A DNA stretch of 64,000 nucleotides from Eubacteriales bacterium (GTDB taxonomy: Bacteria > Bacillota > Clostridia > Oscillospirales > UBA644). The notes under the pieces are model-generated. The model was given only the letters and a program-made list of their open reading frames with translations, searched no databases and was not told the origin of the DNA. Of the stretch, positions 48,404-60,394 are shown one piece after another (positions within the stretch are counted from its first letter, which is position 1; each line of letters begins with the position of its first letter). The position numbers were made by a program, and so were the translations under genes. The DNA lies in NCBI GenBank assembly GCA_045543655.1, contig JAZPXN010000068.1:19407-83406 (forward strand), read 5' to 3'.

Positions 48404-50431
48404 ATGATCGACGTTCTCAACAGCCCCGTAACGGTGTTACGGGGAATCGGCCAGAAGCGGGCCGATCTGCTGAAGAAACTGAATATCGTCACCTGTGCGG
48501 ATCTGATCCGATATTTTCCGCGTGGGTATTTGGATATGTCCGAGGTCAATCCCATTGACAAGCTGGTCAACGGCCAGACGGCTACCGTCGTAGCCAAGGT
48601 TTGCACGGATATTTCCAAGCGGGTGGGGAAGCGTGTGACTCGCTTCCTCTTTTCCGTATGCGATACGAAGGGGAATAAGATCTTCGTCACCATCTACGGC
48701 CAGCAATATCTGGCGGAAAAGCTCCATCCCGGACTCACGATCCTACTGTACGGCCCCGTAAAGGTGGTAGGAATCGTCCGCACCATGGAAAGCCCGAAAA
48801 TTCGCATCGAAGCCATTCCGGAGATCGAGCCGGTCTACCCTCTGACCGAAGGGGTGACGCAGGCAAGCCTTGCTCGGAACATCGAGACGGCACTTCAGGC
48901 CTGCGATAGCCAATTAAAAGAAATGCTTTTGCCGGAACTGCGGGAGAAATGCGATCTTCCGGAGATCAAAGAGGCCTACCGTTCCATTCATTTTCCCAAA
49001 ACGATGAAAGAGGCCGAACGGGCAAAGAATCGCTTCATCTTTGAGGAGCTTTTCTTGTTTACCGTAGGCGTCCGAATTCTGAAGCTTCGGGTGCGAAAGC
49101 TCGACGCACCTCAACTGGTACCGGCAGACATGACTCCCTTCCTCAACCGTCTCCCCTACGCACTGACCGGAGCACAAAAACGGGTAATCCGAGAGTGCTT
49201 CGACGGGTTACGCCGTCCCTACCCCATGTCACGTCTGATTCAGGGCGACGTGGGAAGCGGAAAAACAGTCATCGCCGCTGCCGTAGCCTATCTCACCGCC
49301 CGGAACGGAAAACAGACGGCTCTGATGGTGCCTACGGAGATTCTTGCAATGCAGCACTACGAATCCCTGTCAGAGCTTCTGTCCCCCTGCGGAATCCGGG
49401 TGGAGCTTCTGACCGGCTCCATGCGGCCTGCAGAAAAACGTGACCTGCTATTGCGGCTGGAGGCAGGCGACGTAGATCTCGTCATTGGGACCCACGCCTT
49501 AATCCAAAAAAGCGTAAAATTTAAGAATCTTGCAGTGGCGATTGCGGACGAACAGCACCGGTTCGGCGTTCAGCAACGGGCAGCCATGCAGGAAAAAGGA
49601 AACAATCCCCATATGATTTTCCTCTCCGCAACTCCGATCCCCCGCTCCCTTGCCTTGGTTTTGTACGGAGACCTGGATATTTCCATTCTCGACGAGCTTC
49701 CTCCCGGACGAATTCCCGTTGCCACCCGTAAAGTATCCCGACAGGCCGCAGGAAGAATGTACGAATACCTCCGCCGTAAAGCCCTTGCGGGAGAACAGGC
49801 GTACGTTGTCTGTCCTTCCGTCGAAGGAAGTGACGAAATGAAAAGCGCGGTGGATTTTTCCGAGGAATTGAGCAAAACACTTTTAAACGGAGTCTCGGTC
49901 GCGTGCCTGCACGGCCGTATGAAAAGCGAGGAAAAGGAAAAGATATTACTGGATTTTTTGCGAAATAAAATATCCGTATTGGTTTCTACCACCGTAATCG
50001 AGGTCGGTGTCAACGTCCCTAACGCCACCACCATGATTATCGAAAATGCGGAGCGGTTCGGGTTGTCCCAATTGCATCAGCTTCGTGGTCGGGTAGGCCG
50101 CGGAAGGAAAGAATCCTACTGCTTCGTCGTTTCCGACGATAACGATGCTGAGGCCACGGAACGCCTTTCGGCCTTCTGCTCCACCAACGACGGATTTGAG
50201 ATCAGCCGCAAGGATCTGGAATTGCGAGGCCCGGGCGATTTTCTCGGAAACCGCCAACACGGACTTCCGCCCTTTAAAATTGCAGATCTGACCCGTGATA
50301 TGAAAATTCTCGAGCAGGTCTCAAAGGTAGCAGACCAACTTTTCGAAGATCCATCCTGGTTCATTCTGCCCGAAAACCGGGCGATGTTTATCTCTGCCTC
50401 GGAGATGCTTCGCTCAGCCATGTTACAATAG
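48404..50431 (+). CDS. recG: ATP-dependent DNA helicase RecG
   Basis: RLIQGDVGSGKT, DEQHRFGV, SATPIPR, QLHQLRGRVGRG, DLELRGPG. Confidence 0.97.
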   Translation: MIDVLNSPVTVLRGIGQKRADLLKKLNIVTCADLIRYFPRGYLDMSEVNPIDKLVNGQTATVVAKVCTDISKRVGKRVTRFLFSVCDTKGNKIFVTIYGQQYLAEKLHPGLTILLYGPVKVVGIVRTMESPKIRIEAIPEIEPVYPLTEGVTQASLARNIETALQACDSQLKEMLLPELREKCDLPEIKEAYRSIHFPKTMKEAERAKNRFIFEELFLFTVGVRILKLRVRKLDAPQLVPADMTPFLNRLPYALTGAQKRVIRECFDGLRRPYPMSRLIQGDVGSGKTVIAAAVAYLTARNGKQTALMVPTEILAMQHYESLSELLSPCGIRVELLTGSMRPAEKRDLLLRLEAGDVDLVIGTHALIQKSVKFKNLAVAIADEQHRFGVQQRAAMQEKGNNPHMIFLSATPIPRSLALVLYGDLDISILDELPPGRIPVATRKVSRQAAGRMYEYLRRKALAGEQAYVVCPSVEGSDEMKSAVDFSEELSKTLLNGVSVACLHGRMKSEEKEKILLDFLRNKISVLVSTTVIEVGVNVPNATTMIIENAERFGLSQLHQLRGRVGRGRKESYCFVVSDDNDAEATERLSAFCSTNDGFEISRKDLELRGPGDFLGNRQHGLPPFKIADLTRDMKILEQVSKVADQLFEDPSWFILPENRAMFISASEMLRSAMLQ

Positions 50432-50473
50432 CAACAAGATTGTGACATTTTCACGGAAAAACTGCCCGATCCC

Positions 50474-50502
50474 TTGACAAATGATGGAAAAAGTGGTACA
50501 GT
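50474..50502 (+). promoter_or_regulatory. SigA promoter of the hrcA operon
   Basis: TTGACA-17-TACAGT with extended TG. Confidence 0.75.
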
Positions 50503-50511
50503 ATTCATAGA

Positions 50512-50538
50512 TTAGCACTCAGGCGAGAAGAGTGCTAA
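50512..50538. promoter_or_regulatory. CIRCE element (HrcA operator)
   Basis: Perfect TTAGCACTC-N9-GAGTGCTAA. Confidence 0.97.
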
Positions 50539-50582
50539 GAGCAACAATCATTACTGCGGATTCCGGAAAGAGAGGGATGCTC

Positions 50583-51599
50583 ATGAATCTGGATCCACGG
50601 AAACAGCTGATCCTTTCAACCATCGTATCAGCGTACATTGAGACGGGCGAACCGGTAGGCTCCAAAGCCCTGCTGGGCCGGGAAAATCTCGGAGTATCCC
50701 CTGCCACCGTCCGGAACGAAATGTCGGAGCTGGAGCGGCTCGGGTATCTGAAAAAGACCCATACCTCCTCGGGCCGGGTCCCCTCGAATGCGGGATATCG
50801 GTTCTATGTCGGAACGCTCACCCCCTATTCCCTGACAGCGCCGGAGCGGGATGCCTTGAATTCTCCCTTTGAGACCAGCGCAAGTCTGGAAGAGTTATTG
50901 GCCTCCGCCACCCGGAATCTGGCCTCTTTTTCGGGATGCACGGTCTTCGGAGTAACCCCCAACTGCCCCGACGGCATCTATCAGTTTGAGGTTCTTCCCG
51001 CGGGGAAGCGTATTCTGGCCATTATGGTCATCGCATCCGGCGGATCGGTCAAAAATTATTTTTACCGTGCAGAAAACGACGTAACCTCAGATGACGCAAG
51101 GGTCCTGACCGGAATCCTCAACGCAACCTTTTCCGGATTCCCCATCGACCGAATTGGAGCGGTTCGCACCATGCTTCTCGAGCACGAGATCCGAACCCAC
51201 TGCCCGGAACACGTCGGAATCGTCGACACGGTCAAAAAAATTCTTGCCGGGGTGCGGGATTACGAATTACACATCGGTGGTACGGAAAATCTTTTGAGTT
51301 ACCCGGAGTTTTCCGATATTGAAACGGCACGGGGCTTTATTGGAATGCTCTCAACGCGAGAGCACATTCTGGAAGCCCTGCTCGCAAACCGCCCAACGGA
51401 CGAGATTGAAATCCGCATTGGAGCGGAAAACGGGCTTTTCAACAGCCCTCACGCAAGTTTGATCACACTTTTTTGTGATAATAAATTCCCCGTCGTGCTC
51501 GGCCTTATGGGGCCGACGCGGATGGATTACGCCCGCACGATTGCCGGATGCAACCATATACTTCATCGGTTGAAGGCGTTTATCGAGCAGGAATATTAA
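50583..51599 (+). CDS. hrcA: Heat-inducible transcription repressor
   Basis: YIETGEPVGS, SPATVRNEM, HTSSGRVPS..GYRFYV, GPTRMDY. Confidence 0.95.
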   Translation: MNLDPRKQLILSTIVSAYIETGEPVGSKALLGRENLGVSPATVRNEMSELERLGYLKKTHTSSGRVPSNAGYRFYVGTLTPYSLTAPERDALNSPFETSASLEELLASATRNLASFSGCTVFGVTPNCPDGIYQFEVLPAGKRILAIMVIASGGSVKNYFYRAENDVTSDDARVLTGILNATFSGFPIDRIGAVRTMLLEHEIRTHCPEHVGIVDTVKKILAGVRDYELHIGGTENLLSYPEFSDIETARGFIGMLSTREHILEALLANRPTDEIEIRIGAENGLFNSPHASLITLFCDNKFPVVLGLMGPTRMDYARTIAGCNHILHRLKAFIEQEY

Positions 51600-51616
51600 G
51601 GAAAGGATCCCACGAA

Positions 51617-52147
51617 ATGAAAGACAAGAAGAAACAAGCAAAGGCGGAAACAGCGGAAGAAGAAACCGTTGAAACCGCCGAAACCGTGGAAACGGACGCA
51701 ACGGAAGAAACCGTGCAGCCCACAGAACCCCAACCCGTTGCAGACGAATGGCACGATCGGTTCGTCCGACTCGCCGCGGATTTTGATAATTACAAAAAGC
51801 GCTCTGCCGCTGAAAAAACCGCTGCGTACACCAACGCTACCGCCGACGCGGTCGCAGCTCTGCTTCCCATCATCGACGATCTGGAAAGAGCCATCGCCGC
51901 GGCGGAAGACAGCCCCATGAAGGAAGGCGTGGAAATGGTTCTGACGAAAGCCACAAAGGTTTTTGAGAACCTCAACGTCTCCCCCGTCGGGCAGCCCGGG
52001 GACTCCTTTGATCCCCAGATTCACAACGCCGTTATGCACGTAGACGACGATACCATGGGGGAAAGCGTTGTTGCCGAGGTTTTTCAAAAAGGCTACAAAA
52101 TGGGCGACAAGGTCATTCGCCACGCCATGGTCAAAGTTGCGAATTAA
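51617..52147 (+). CDS. grpE: Nucleotide exchange factor GrpE
   Basis: RLAADFDNYKKR, LLPIIDDLERA, FDPQIHNAV, QKGY...VIRHAMVKV. Confidence 0.96.
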   Translation: MKDKKKQAKAETAEEETVETAETVETDATEETVQPTEPQPVADEWHDRFVRLAADFDNYKKRSAAEKTAAYTNATADAVAALLPIIDDLERAIAAAEDSPMKEGVEMVLTKATKVFENLNVSPVGQPGDSFDPQIHNAVMHVDDDTMGESVVAEVFQKGYKMGDKVIRHAMVKVAN

Positions 52148-52198
52148 ACAATTACACGCGTTAACAATACAATCAATATAAATGAACATTACGTTTAG

Positions 52199-54040
<1,842 letters not shown>

Positions 54041-54053
54041 TTTCATTTACCCG

Positions 54054-54086
54054 CATATCAAGGGGATCACCTTTCCCCTTGATATG
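54054..54086 (+). terminator. Intra-operonic hairpin between dnaK and dnaJ
   Basis: CATATCAAGGGGA-tcacctt-TCCCCTTGATATG, a 13-bp stem. Confidence 0.65.
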
Positions 54087-54105
54087 TTCACTTAAGAGGA
54101 TCATA

Positions 54106-55272
54106 ATGGCAGACAAACGAGATTTTTACGAGGTTCTCGGCGTTGACAAATCCGTCAGTGCAGACGAACTGAAAAAGGCCTACCGCCAGATGGCGAAAAA
54201 ATACCACCCGGACCTAAACCCCGGCAATGCGGAGGCGGAACAGAAATTCAAGGAGATCAACGAAGCCTACGAAGTTCTTTCCGATTCGGAAAAGCGCTCC
54301 CGTTACGATCAGTTCGGCCACGCCGGCGTAGATCCAAACTATGGAGGCGGCGCAGGCGGCGGGTATGGAGCCGGCGGTTACGGCGGTTATACAAACGTTG
54401 ATATCGGAGATATCTTCGGCGACGTTTTCGGAAATTTCTTCGGCGGTGGTGGGTCACGAAGAAGATCCTCCGCCATTCCGGGCGACGACGTGGATACCGG
54501 GATTACGCTGACCTTCGAGGAAGCCGTTTTCGGCTGTAAGAAATCGGTCACAATCACCCGAAAAGAAATCTGCTCTGAGTGCCGTGGCTCCGGGGCGGCA
54601 AAAGGAACGACAGCGGAAACCTGCCCAACCTGCCGAGGAACCGGCCGCGTACGCACCGTAACCCAAACCATGTTCGGGGCTATGCAGAGTGAAAAGACCT
54701 GCACGAATTGTTACGGCACCGGGAAGATCATCAAAACTCCCTGCAAAAACTGCAACGGAACCGGACAGGAGCGCAAGCAACGCACCATCACCGTCAACAT
54801 TCCCGCCGGCATCAACAACGGTCAGGTCATCACCCTGAACGGACAGGGATGCGCCGGCATCAAAGGAGGTCCGGACGGAGATCTGAATATTACCGTATCC
54901 GTCCGCCCTCACACCATTTTCGAGCGGAAGAATTTCGATCTCTTTTGCGAATATCCCATTACTTTCCCTCAGGCAGCCCTGGGATGCGAAATCGAAGTTC
55001 CTCAGGTTGACGGTACGAAGGTTACTCAGAAAATCGACGCAGGAACCCAGAGTGGAACGGTACTGAATATGAAAGGGCGCGGAGTTCCCTACCTGAATTC
55101 TAAGGGAAAAGGGAATCTTTACGTACGCATTATCGTCGAAACGCCGAAGAACCTGAACTCCCGCCAAAAAGAACTGCTAAAGGAATTCGACGCGATCGAA
55201 AACCGCAGAAGTTACGAAAAACGCACCTCTTTTGCAGAAAAGGTGCGGAAATTCCTGAAATCCGACAACTGA
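54106..55272 (+). CDS. dnaJ: Molecular chaperone DnaJ
   Basis: J domain with HPD, G/F-rich region, four CxxCxGxG repeats. Confidence 0.98.
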   Translation: MADKRDFYEVLGVDKSVSADELKKAYRQMAKKYHPDLNPGNAEAEQKFKEINEAYEVLSDSEKRSRYDQFGHAGVDPNYGGGAGGGYGAGGYGGYTNVDIGDIFGDVFGNFFGGGGSRRRSSAIPGDDVDTGITLTFEEAVFGCKKSVTITRKEICSECRGSGAAKGTTAETCPTCRGTGRVRTVTQTMFGAMQSEKTCTNCYGTGKIIKTPCKNCNGTGQERKQRTITVNIPAGINNGQVITLNGQGCAGIKGGPDGDLNITVSVRPHTIFERKNFDLFCEYPITFPQAALGCEIEVPQVDGTKVTQKIDAGTQSGTVLNMKGRGVPYLNSKGKGNLYVRIIVETPKNLNSRQKELLKEFDAIENRRSYEKRTSFAEKVRKFLKSDN

Positions 55273-55275
55273 TTC

Positions 55276-55307
55276 AAAAGGCAGAGACTCTACGCTCTGC
55301 CTTTTTT
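55276..55307 (+). terminator. Terminator of the dnaK operon
   Basis: AAAAGGCAGAG-actctacg-CTCTGCCTTTTTT. Confidence 0.85.
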
Positions 55308-55391
55308 CTGTCGAATAAGAGAGGATTTTCATCCGTTATAATGAATATTCGGTGCAATTCGAAAGAATTTCTTTCAAAATTCAAAAAACGG

Positions 55392-55420
55392 TTGCATTTC
55401 CGGCAAAAGTATGCTATAAT
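55392..55420 (+). promoter_or_regulatory. SigA promoter of the YD-repeat gene
   Basis: TTGCAT-17-TATAAT with extended TG. Confidence 0.65.
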
Positions 55421-55466
55421 AAAATGTAGACGTATCCGCAGAAGTTTTCACGAAAGGATGAGCGAT

Positions 55467-57782
55467 ATGGATCCGAAATTCCTTGAGGAATTACAGAAAC
55501 TGAAAGAACAAAAGAGCGCTGATCTGGACAGGCTTCAGGATCTTGCGAAATTGAGCATTCCGGATTTTGATGAAGTCGATATTTCCGACGAAGAACTCCG
55601 TGCTGAACAGGAGCAGAACGAAGCCGCGGGCGGTACCATCAAATTCGAGAGGGTCACGAATACCGAACCGAAAGATCCTCCCGTTACCGGCGGCCGCCGG
55701 GGCAAAAAGGCTGAGCCCGCAAAGCCGGTCGTTGACGAGGCCACCCGGAAGAGAAGAGCAAAAAACCGAAAAATTGCTTTGATCGCAGTCTCTTCGTTCC
55801 TTGCGGTGGTGGCGATTGCGGTAACGGTCTTCTTCGGCCTTCGGAACGCCAATCAGAAGAAATACACCTATCAATATTGGGGCATGGGCCTTGCCATTGA
55901 AAACGGCGTGAACAGTTATACCTTCTTTGGCAACCTGAAGGAAATCACCGAATACGGCCAGATCGGCCAGATCACTGCAAATGCAGAATTCAAAAAGGGC
56001 AATTGCATCAAGGAAACGGTCTACACCGCAGAAGGGGACGTGGACTATTACTATGCTCACGAATACGATCGTGGCGTCCGTATTCTGTCCTCCTATCATA
56101 AAGACGGCCAGATGGTTCAAAGCGTGAAATATACCCTGCTCAAGGACGGAACCGTCCAGGCGGAAACGACCTATTATCAGGAAGACAACCGAACCGAATT
56201 GGCAATCCTTACCCTTTCGGAGGAAGGAAACGTCATTACTGCCGATTATTATACGGATACCGTTCTTGTAGCCAAGCGCACCTACCAAGGGACGCTGGTG
56301 ACCGAAGAATCGACCTTCGACGGAAACGGAAATCCGACGGGCCGCACGGTATTCGAATATAACGGCGCAAAACAATTGCTGACCCGTACGGGCTACGACG
56401 CCACGGGAGCTATTACCGGCCGTACGGTCAATCAGTACAACGAAAAGAACCTGCTGACGAAGACCATCGAATACGACGGCGCCGGTGCGATTCTTGAATA
56501 CGATACCTATAATTACGACCTGAACAACAACCCCATCAAGCAGGTCAATTATGCGGCAGACGGAACCATGCAGCACCAGATACTGAAGGTATTCAACGAT
56601 AAAAACCGGGTCACGAAGGAAACCAACCTGAAATCCGACGGATCCATCGTCTATTGCTACGGTTACGATTACGATGATAAAGGCTATATTTCCAAATCCA
56701 TCATTTACAATACCGAAAACAGCACGATCGTTGATAAATATACCGTAAACACCCGTAACGATGCAGGAACCATCATCGAAACGAACACCCACAACTCCGC
56801 TAATATTCTGGTCGAAAAAGCGCTCTACAACAATTCCGGCTTCTTGACGGAACTCTACGTCTTCTCCGACGCCGGCGTTCTGCAAACGGAAAAGAAATCG
56901 AAATACGATGACAAGCAGCGACTGACCGAATCTTCGGAATCGAATTACAACGAAAAGGGAGAGCTGCTGAAGCACACCTCGGAGTTCTACGACGATAAGG
57001 GCAACGTCACCGTCCGAATCAATGAGAACACGGAGGAAGAGCTCTACGAACAGATTCTCTTCCAATACGGAAGCAACGGACAAAAAGAACAGGAAACCAT
57101 GTTCGACAGATCCGGAAAAACCGTCTATGACAAGTTCTTCAACGAAAAGGGACAGGTCGACTCCGAAACGCTCTACGAGGACGGACGGGAATCGGTTTAC
57201 AACGAATACGTTTACAACGATAAAAACCAGGTTATCTCCCAAAAATCTCTCGATACCCTCACCAACACCCTGACCAAGACCTCCTTCACCTACGACAAGG
57301 ACGGCGTCCTGGAATCAGCTCTCGACACGAACGTCCAGAACAAACCCGTCGTTCTGAGGGAATACAACGAAGACGGAACGGTCTACAAACAGACAAATTA
57401 TCACGAAGACGGAACCATCGTGGACTATTATCGGTTCGAATACGATGAAGAAGGCCGTGTCATTGTAAAAGAAGAGTACAACGAATTCGAGATCATGACC
57501 TACAGAACGGTCTATTATTACCGGGATGACGGCGGATACGATTATACCCTCTACAACGGAAACGGAGACCCCATCGAGGACTCCCGCGGTCCGGAATATC
57601 TCCCCGAAATCGACGAGATTCCCGATGCTCCTCCGGAGGAAGGCTACCTGGATTCGGATGAAGAAGAAACCTTCATCCCCACTACGGATACCACCGGGAC
57701 CGACACCTCCGCAAGTAGCTCCACCGATAAAAACGGCACCGCCTCCAACAATGGAACGCCTTCCGACACCAATAACGAATAA
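55467..57782 (+). CDS. Single-pass membrane protein with an extracellular YD/RHS-like repeat array
   Basis: Charged N-terminus, one TM helix (IALIAVSSFLAVVAIAVTVFFGL), about 600 aa of Y[DN]xxG repeats of roughly 26 aa, and an acidic, Thr/Ser-rich tail. Confidence 0.8.
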   Translation: MDPKFLEELQKLKEQKSADLDRLQDLAKLSIPDFDEVDISDEELRAEQEQNEAAGGTIKFERVTNTEPKDPPVTGGRRGKKAEPAKPVVDEATRKRRAKNRKIALIAVSSFLAVVAIAVTVFFGLRNANQKKYTYQYWGMGLAIENGVNSYTFFGNLKEITEYGQIGQITANAEFKKGNCIKETVYTAEGDVDYYYAHEYDRGVRILSSYHKDGQMVQSVKYTLLKDGTVQAETTYYQEDNRTELAILTLSEEGNVITADYYTDTVLVAKRTYQGTLVTEESTFDGNGNPTGRTVFEYNGAKQLLTRTGYDATGAITGRTVNQYNEKNLLTKTIEYDGAGAILEYDTYNYDLNNNPIKQVNYAADGTMQHQILKVFNDKNRVTKETNLKSDGSIVYCYGYDYDDKGYISKSIIYNTENSTIVDKYTVNTRNDAGTIIETNTHNSANILVEKALYNNSGFLTELYVFSDAGVLQTEKKSKYDDKQRLTESSESNYNEKGELLKHTSEFYDDKGNVTVRINENTEEELYEQILFQYGSNGQKEQETMFDRSGKTVYDKFFNEKGQVDSETLYEDGRESVYNEYVYNDKNQVISQKSLDTLTNTLTKTSFTYDKDGVLESALDTNVQNKPVVLREYNEDGTVYKQTNYHEDGTIVDYYRFEYDEEGRVIVKEEYNEFEIMTYRTVYYYRDDGGYDYTLYNGNGDPIEDSRGPEYLPEIDEIPDAPPEEGYLDSDEEETFIPTTDTTGTDTSASSSTDKNGTASNNGTPSDTNNE

Positions 57783-57788
57783 CGAAAA

Positions 57789-57828
57789 GGACTCCTTGAA
57801 GATCACTCTTCAAGGAGTCCGGTTTTTT
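57789..57828. terminator. Bidirectional terminator
   Basis: GGACTCCTTGAAG-atcact-CTTCAAGGAGTCC flanked by an A-run and a T-run. Confidence 0.85.
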
Positions 57829-57834
57829 ATCTGC

Positions 57835-59115
57835 TTACGCGAGAAAATCCATAACATCCAACTGAAGCATAGGCATCAGGCGGGTAAGGAGCATCCGATA
57901 CCGCATATAGGGATGATAGCGAAGGGCATCGGCCAGCAGATCATCGGGAACGTGAACCTCTTCGGGCGTGACGGCGGCGCCGGCAGCCTTCATTTTAGCC
58001 ATCAAGACCTCGTCCGTAGGCAGAGTTTCCTTGATGATGCGCCGAATCTCAGGCCAAGCGGCGGAGAGTTTTTCCGGATCGACCAGATCGGTGATGGTGG
58101 GGGTATTCAGCCGCTTAATGTCGTCGTGAAGAACGGCGTCGTATTTGGAATAGACAGCGTCCCAGTCGGTGGGATCGGCAACGGCGTCCACCGCTTCGAT
58201 TCGATCGGCAATATTGTGATAAGCGCGGTTCAAAAGCACCGTAGCGACGCCAACCTTTTTTCCGTGAAATTCCGGCCAGATTCCCCGGATAACTTTGTAG
58301 CACTCCAAGTAATGGGAAACCACGTGCTCTGCGCCGGAGGCAGGGCGGGAACAGCCGGCCAGTTTCATGGCAAGACCGGTCATAACCAGCGATTCCATAA
58401 TGGCACCGGCAGCCTCTTCGCTGTTTTCGGTGACTTTATCGGCCAAGGCGAAGATCTTATCCGTAGCGGTTTTCGTCAAATTCGCAATGTTTTCGCAGTA
58501 ATACTCTCCGGTCAAGAGCGTAGAGATCTTCCAGTCCACAAGACCGATATATTTTGCAACCATATCACCGAAGCCGGAGGATTTCAGTTCCGCAGGAGCC
58601 GCGGCAAGGATTTTCGTATCGGCGATAATGACCGCAGGCTGGGCGGCCTGCCAGGAGGACTTAAAATTATTCTCGATAATGGGAGCAGTATCAGAGGCAA
58701 AGCCGTCCATGGAAGGAGCCGTAGCAAAGATGCAGAAGGTCTTCCCCAACCGATAAGACGCGACGCGGCAAATATCGTTCAAAGAACCGGTGCCAACGGA
58801 GATAATCCCCTCCACGTCAGCTACAAGGGCCTCCACCTCCCGCACCTGCTCCACACGGGCGTACATCATGTTTTCATAGATCAGTTTTTTTACGTGAAAT
58901 CCCTCGGATGCTAAGGCAGGAAGGATCCCGTCAGCGGCGGCGATGGTGTTTTCGTCCGCAACGAGAAGCACCGACTTGGGGAAACCGGCAGTGGCCAGAA
59001 TTTTACCGGTATCGGCGGTGATCCCGCTCCCGATCTCCACGACCTTCGTATCAAATTTGTGTTCTCTGCCACAGGGGCAATTTTCCATTTCCTTCAGAAT
59101 TTTATTCAGATCCAT
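57835..59115 (-). CDS. sn-glycerol-1-phosphate dehydrogenase (AraM/EgsA family)
   Basis: CPCGREH N-terminus, GTGSLND, TAPSMDGFAS, GFGD, SRPASGAEH..SH, HG..VG. Confidence 0.85.
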   Translation of the reverse strand: MDLNKILKEMENCPCGREHKFDTKVVEIGSGITADTGKILATAGFPKSVLLVADENTIAAADGILPALASEGFHVKKLIYENMMYARVEQVREVEALVADVEGIISVGTGSLNDICRVASYRLGKTFCIFATAPSMDGFASDTAPIIENNFKSSWQAAQPAVIIADTKILAAAPAELKSSGFGDMVAKYIGLVDWKISTLLTGEYYCENIANLTKTATDKIFALADKVTENSEEAAGAIMESLVMTGLAMKLAGCSRPASGAEHVVSHYLECYKVIRGIWPEFHGKKVGVATVLLNRAYHNIADRIEAVDAVADPTDWDAVYSKYDAVLHDDIKRLNTPTITDLVDPEKLSAAWPEIRRIIKETLPTDEVLMAKMKAAGAAVTPEEVHVPDDLLADALRYHPYMRYRMLLTRLMPMLQLDVMDFLA

Positions 59116-59194
59116 AGGTACTCTTCTCCTTCTGTTTTTTTCAGTATAACACGGATCGATTGATATTACAAGAGTGTATTTGCAGAAAAGTCGG

Positions 59195-60394
59195 TCATTT
59201 CTTGCCCTTCAGCAGCCGGGCAAGACGAAGGTAGACCCGTTTGGCAAAGGGCAAAAACTTCGTCATAAACCGATATTCCAAAGGCTTTACGGGATACTCC
59301 AGTTCGCCAACATATTCCACCACCGTGGGATTAAACTTCAATTTGAAATCCGAAAGAGGATCGTTCAGATCGCCGCGGATTCCCATAAAGCTGAAGACCG
59401 AACAGCCTTGATCCCTGAAATATTTCATCGCCTCGTAACGGATCTGGTTCGTGGTGCGAAACCGAGGAAAGACCCGATCGTCAAAGCCGCTGTAAAGCAG
59501 ATACGCCGTATCGTTGCTCCGAACCATCTGCAGGCAGGACATGGGGATGATTTCGCCCTGCTCCAGCCATTTTTCCGCTTCTGCCCGATCCTTCTGCGTC
59601 TGTTCGTCCTGGGGCTGGGAATCAAGAAAATCCAGGAACTTACGGAGATCGATCTTGGCAAAGAAAAACATGCAATCGTCACCGTAGGCTTCTTTCATCC
59701 GGGTAAAATAGGCGAGATCCCGCAATACGATGTGCTGTCGTTCCTCCGTATGGGAAGAAATCTCGCAGAACAAGCGGATATCTTCTTCGGAATTCCCTTG
59801 GGTAAAGAATATTCCGCGGCTTTCGGTATACCGACCGATGAACTTCCGGAGTTTTTTATCAAACCCCTTCAGCATTTCTTCGTCGCTTTCCGGGGCGCCG
59901 TCCTTGAAGAGGGGATATTCCGCATTAAACCGAGGCTGAGTATAAGAATGAAAATCCGTAGCAAACCCCATGTGATTCCATCCGGCCTGCGTGAGGATTT
60001 TCAAAGCCTCACGGCCGGCACCGTCGCAAGATTCTTCCCCTTTATACTTCCGGGAAAGAACGATTTCCGGATCGATGCGCACCATATAGGCACCCACTTT
60101 TCGGGCATATTCCTTCAATCCTTCGGTAAAGCAGGCAACCGCTTCGGCATCGGAATAATCCATCAGCATCCCCCGGGGAGAATAGATCAGCTTCTGTCCC
60201 GTAGGAAGACGGCGGATCAGGAGATGGGCCGCACCGACCGTCTCCCCTTCCCGCTTCAGCCCGCAAAGAACGCTTTGCCACGCATCCTTTACCACGGCCC
60301 ATTGGGGCTTTTGCATGAGGTTACAATGGGGCAGGACCTGCACAAAGGCCTCAAATTCGTCTTGGGGCAAAGGACATACGAATTCAAACTTCAT
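59195..60394 (-). CDS. FemABX/MurM-family peptidoglycan bridge aminoacyltransferase
   Basis: LMQ...W..VK..W, YSPRG, IDP, QPR, YF, YLYSG-like YLLYSG, FKLKFN. Confidence 0.85.
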   Translation of the reverse strand: MKFEFVCPLPQDEFEAFVQVLPHCNLMQKPQWAVVKDAWQSVLCGLKREGETVGAAHLLIRRLPTGQKLIYSPRGMLMDYSDAEAVACFTEGLKEYARKVGAYMVRIDPEIVLSRKYKGEESCDGAGREALKILTQAGWNHMGFATDFHSYTQPRFNAEYPLFKDGAPESDEEMLKGFDKKLRKFIGRYTESRGIFFTQGNSEEDIRLFCEISSHTEERQHIVLRDLAYFTRMKEAYGDDCMFFFAKIDLRKFLDFLDSQPQDEQTQKDRAEAEKWLEQGEIIPMSCLQMVRSNDTAYLLYSGFDDRVFPRFRTTNQIRYEAMKYFRDQGCSVFSFMGIRGDLNDPLSDFKLKFNPTVVEYVGELEYPVKPLEYRFMTKFLPFAKRVYLRLARLLKGKK

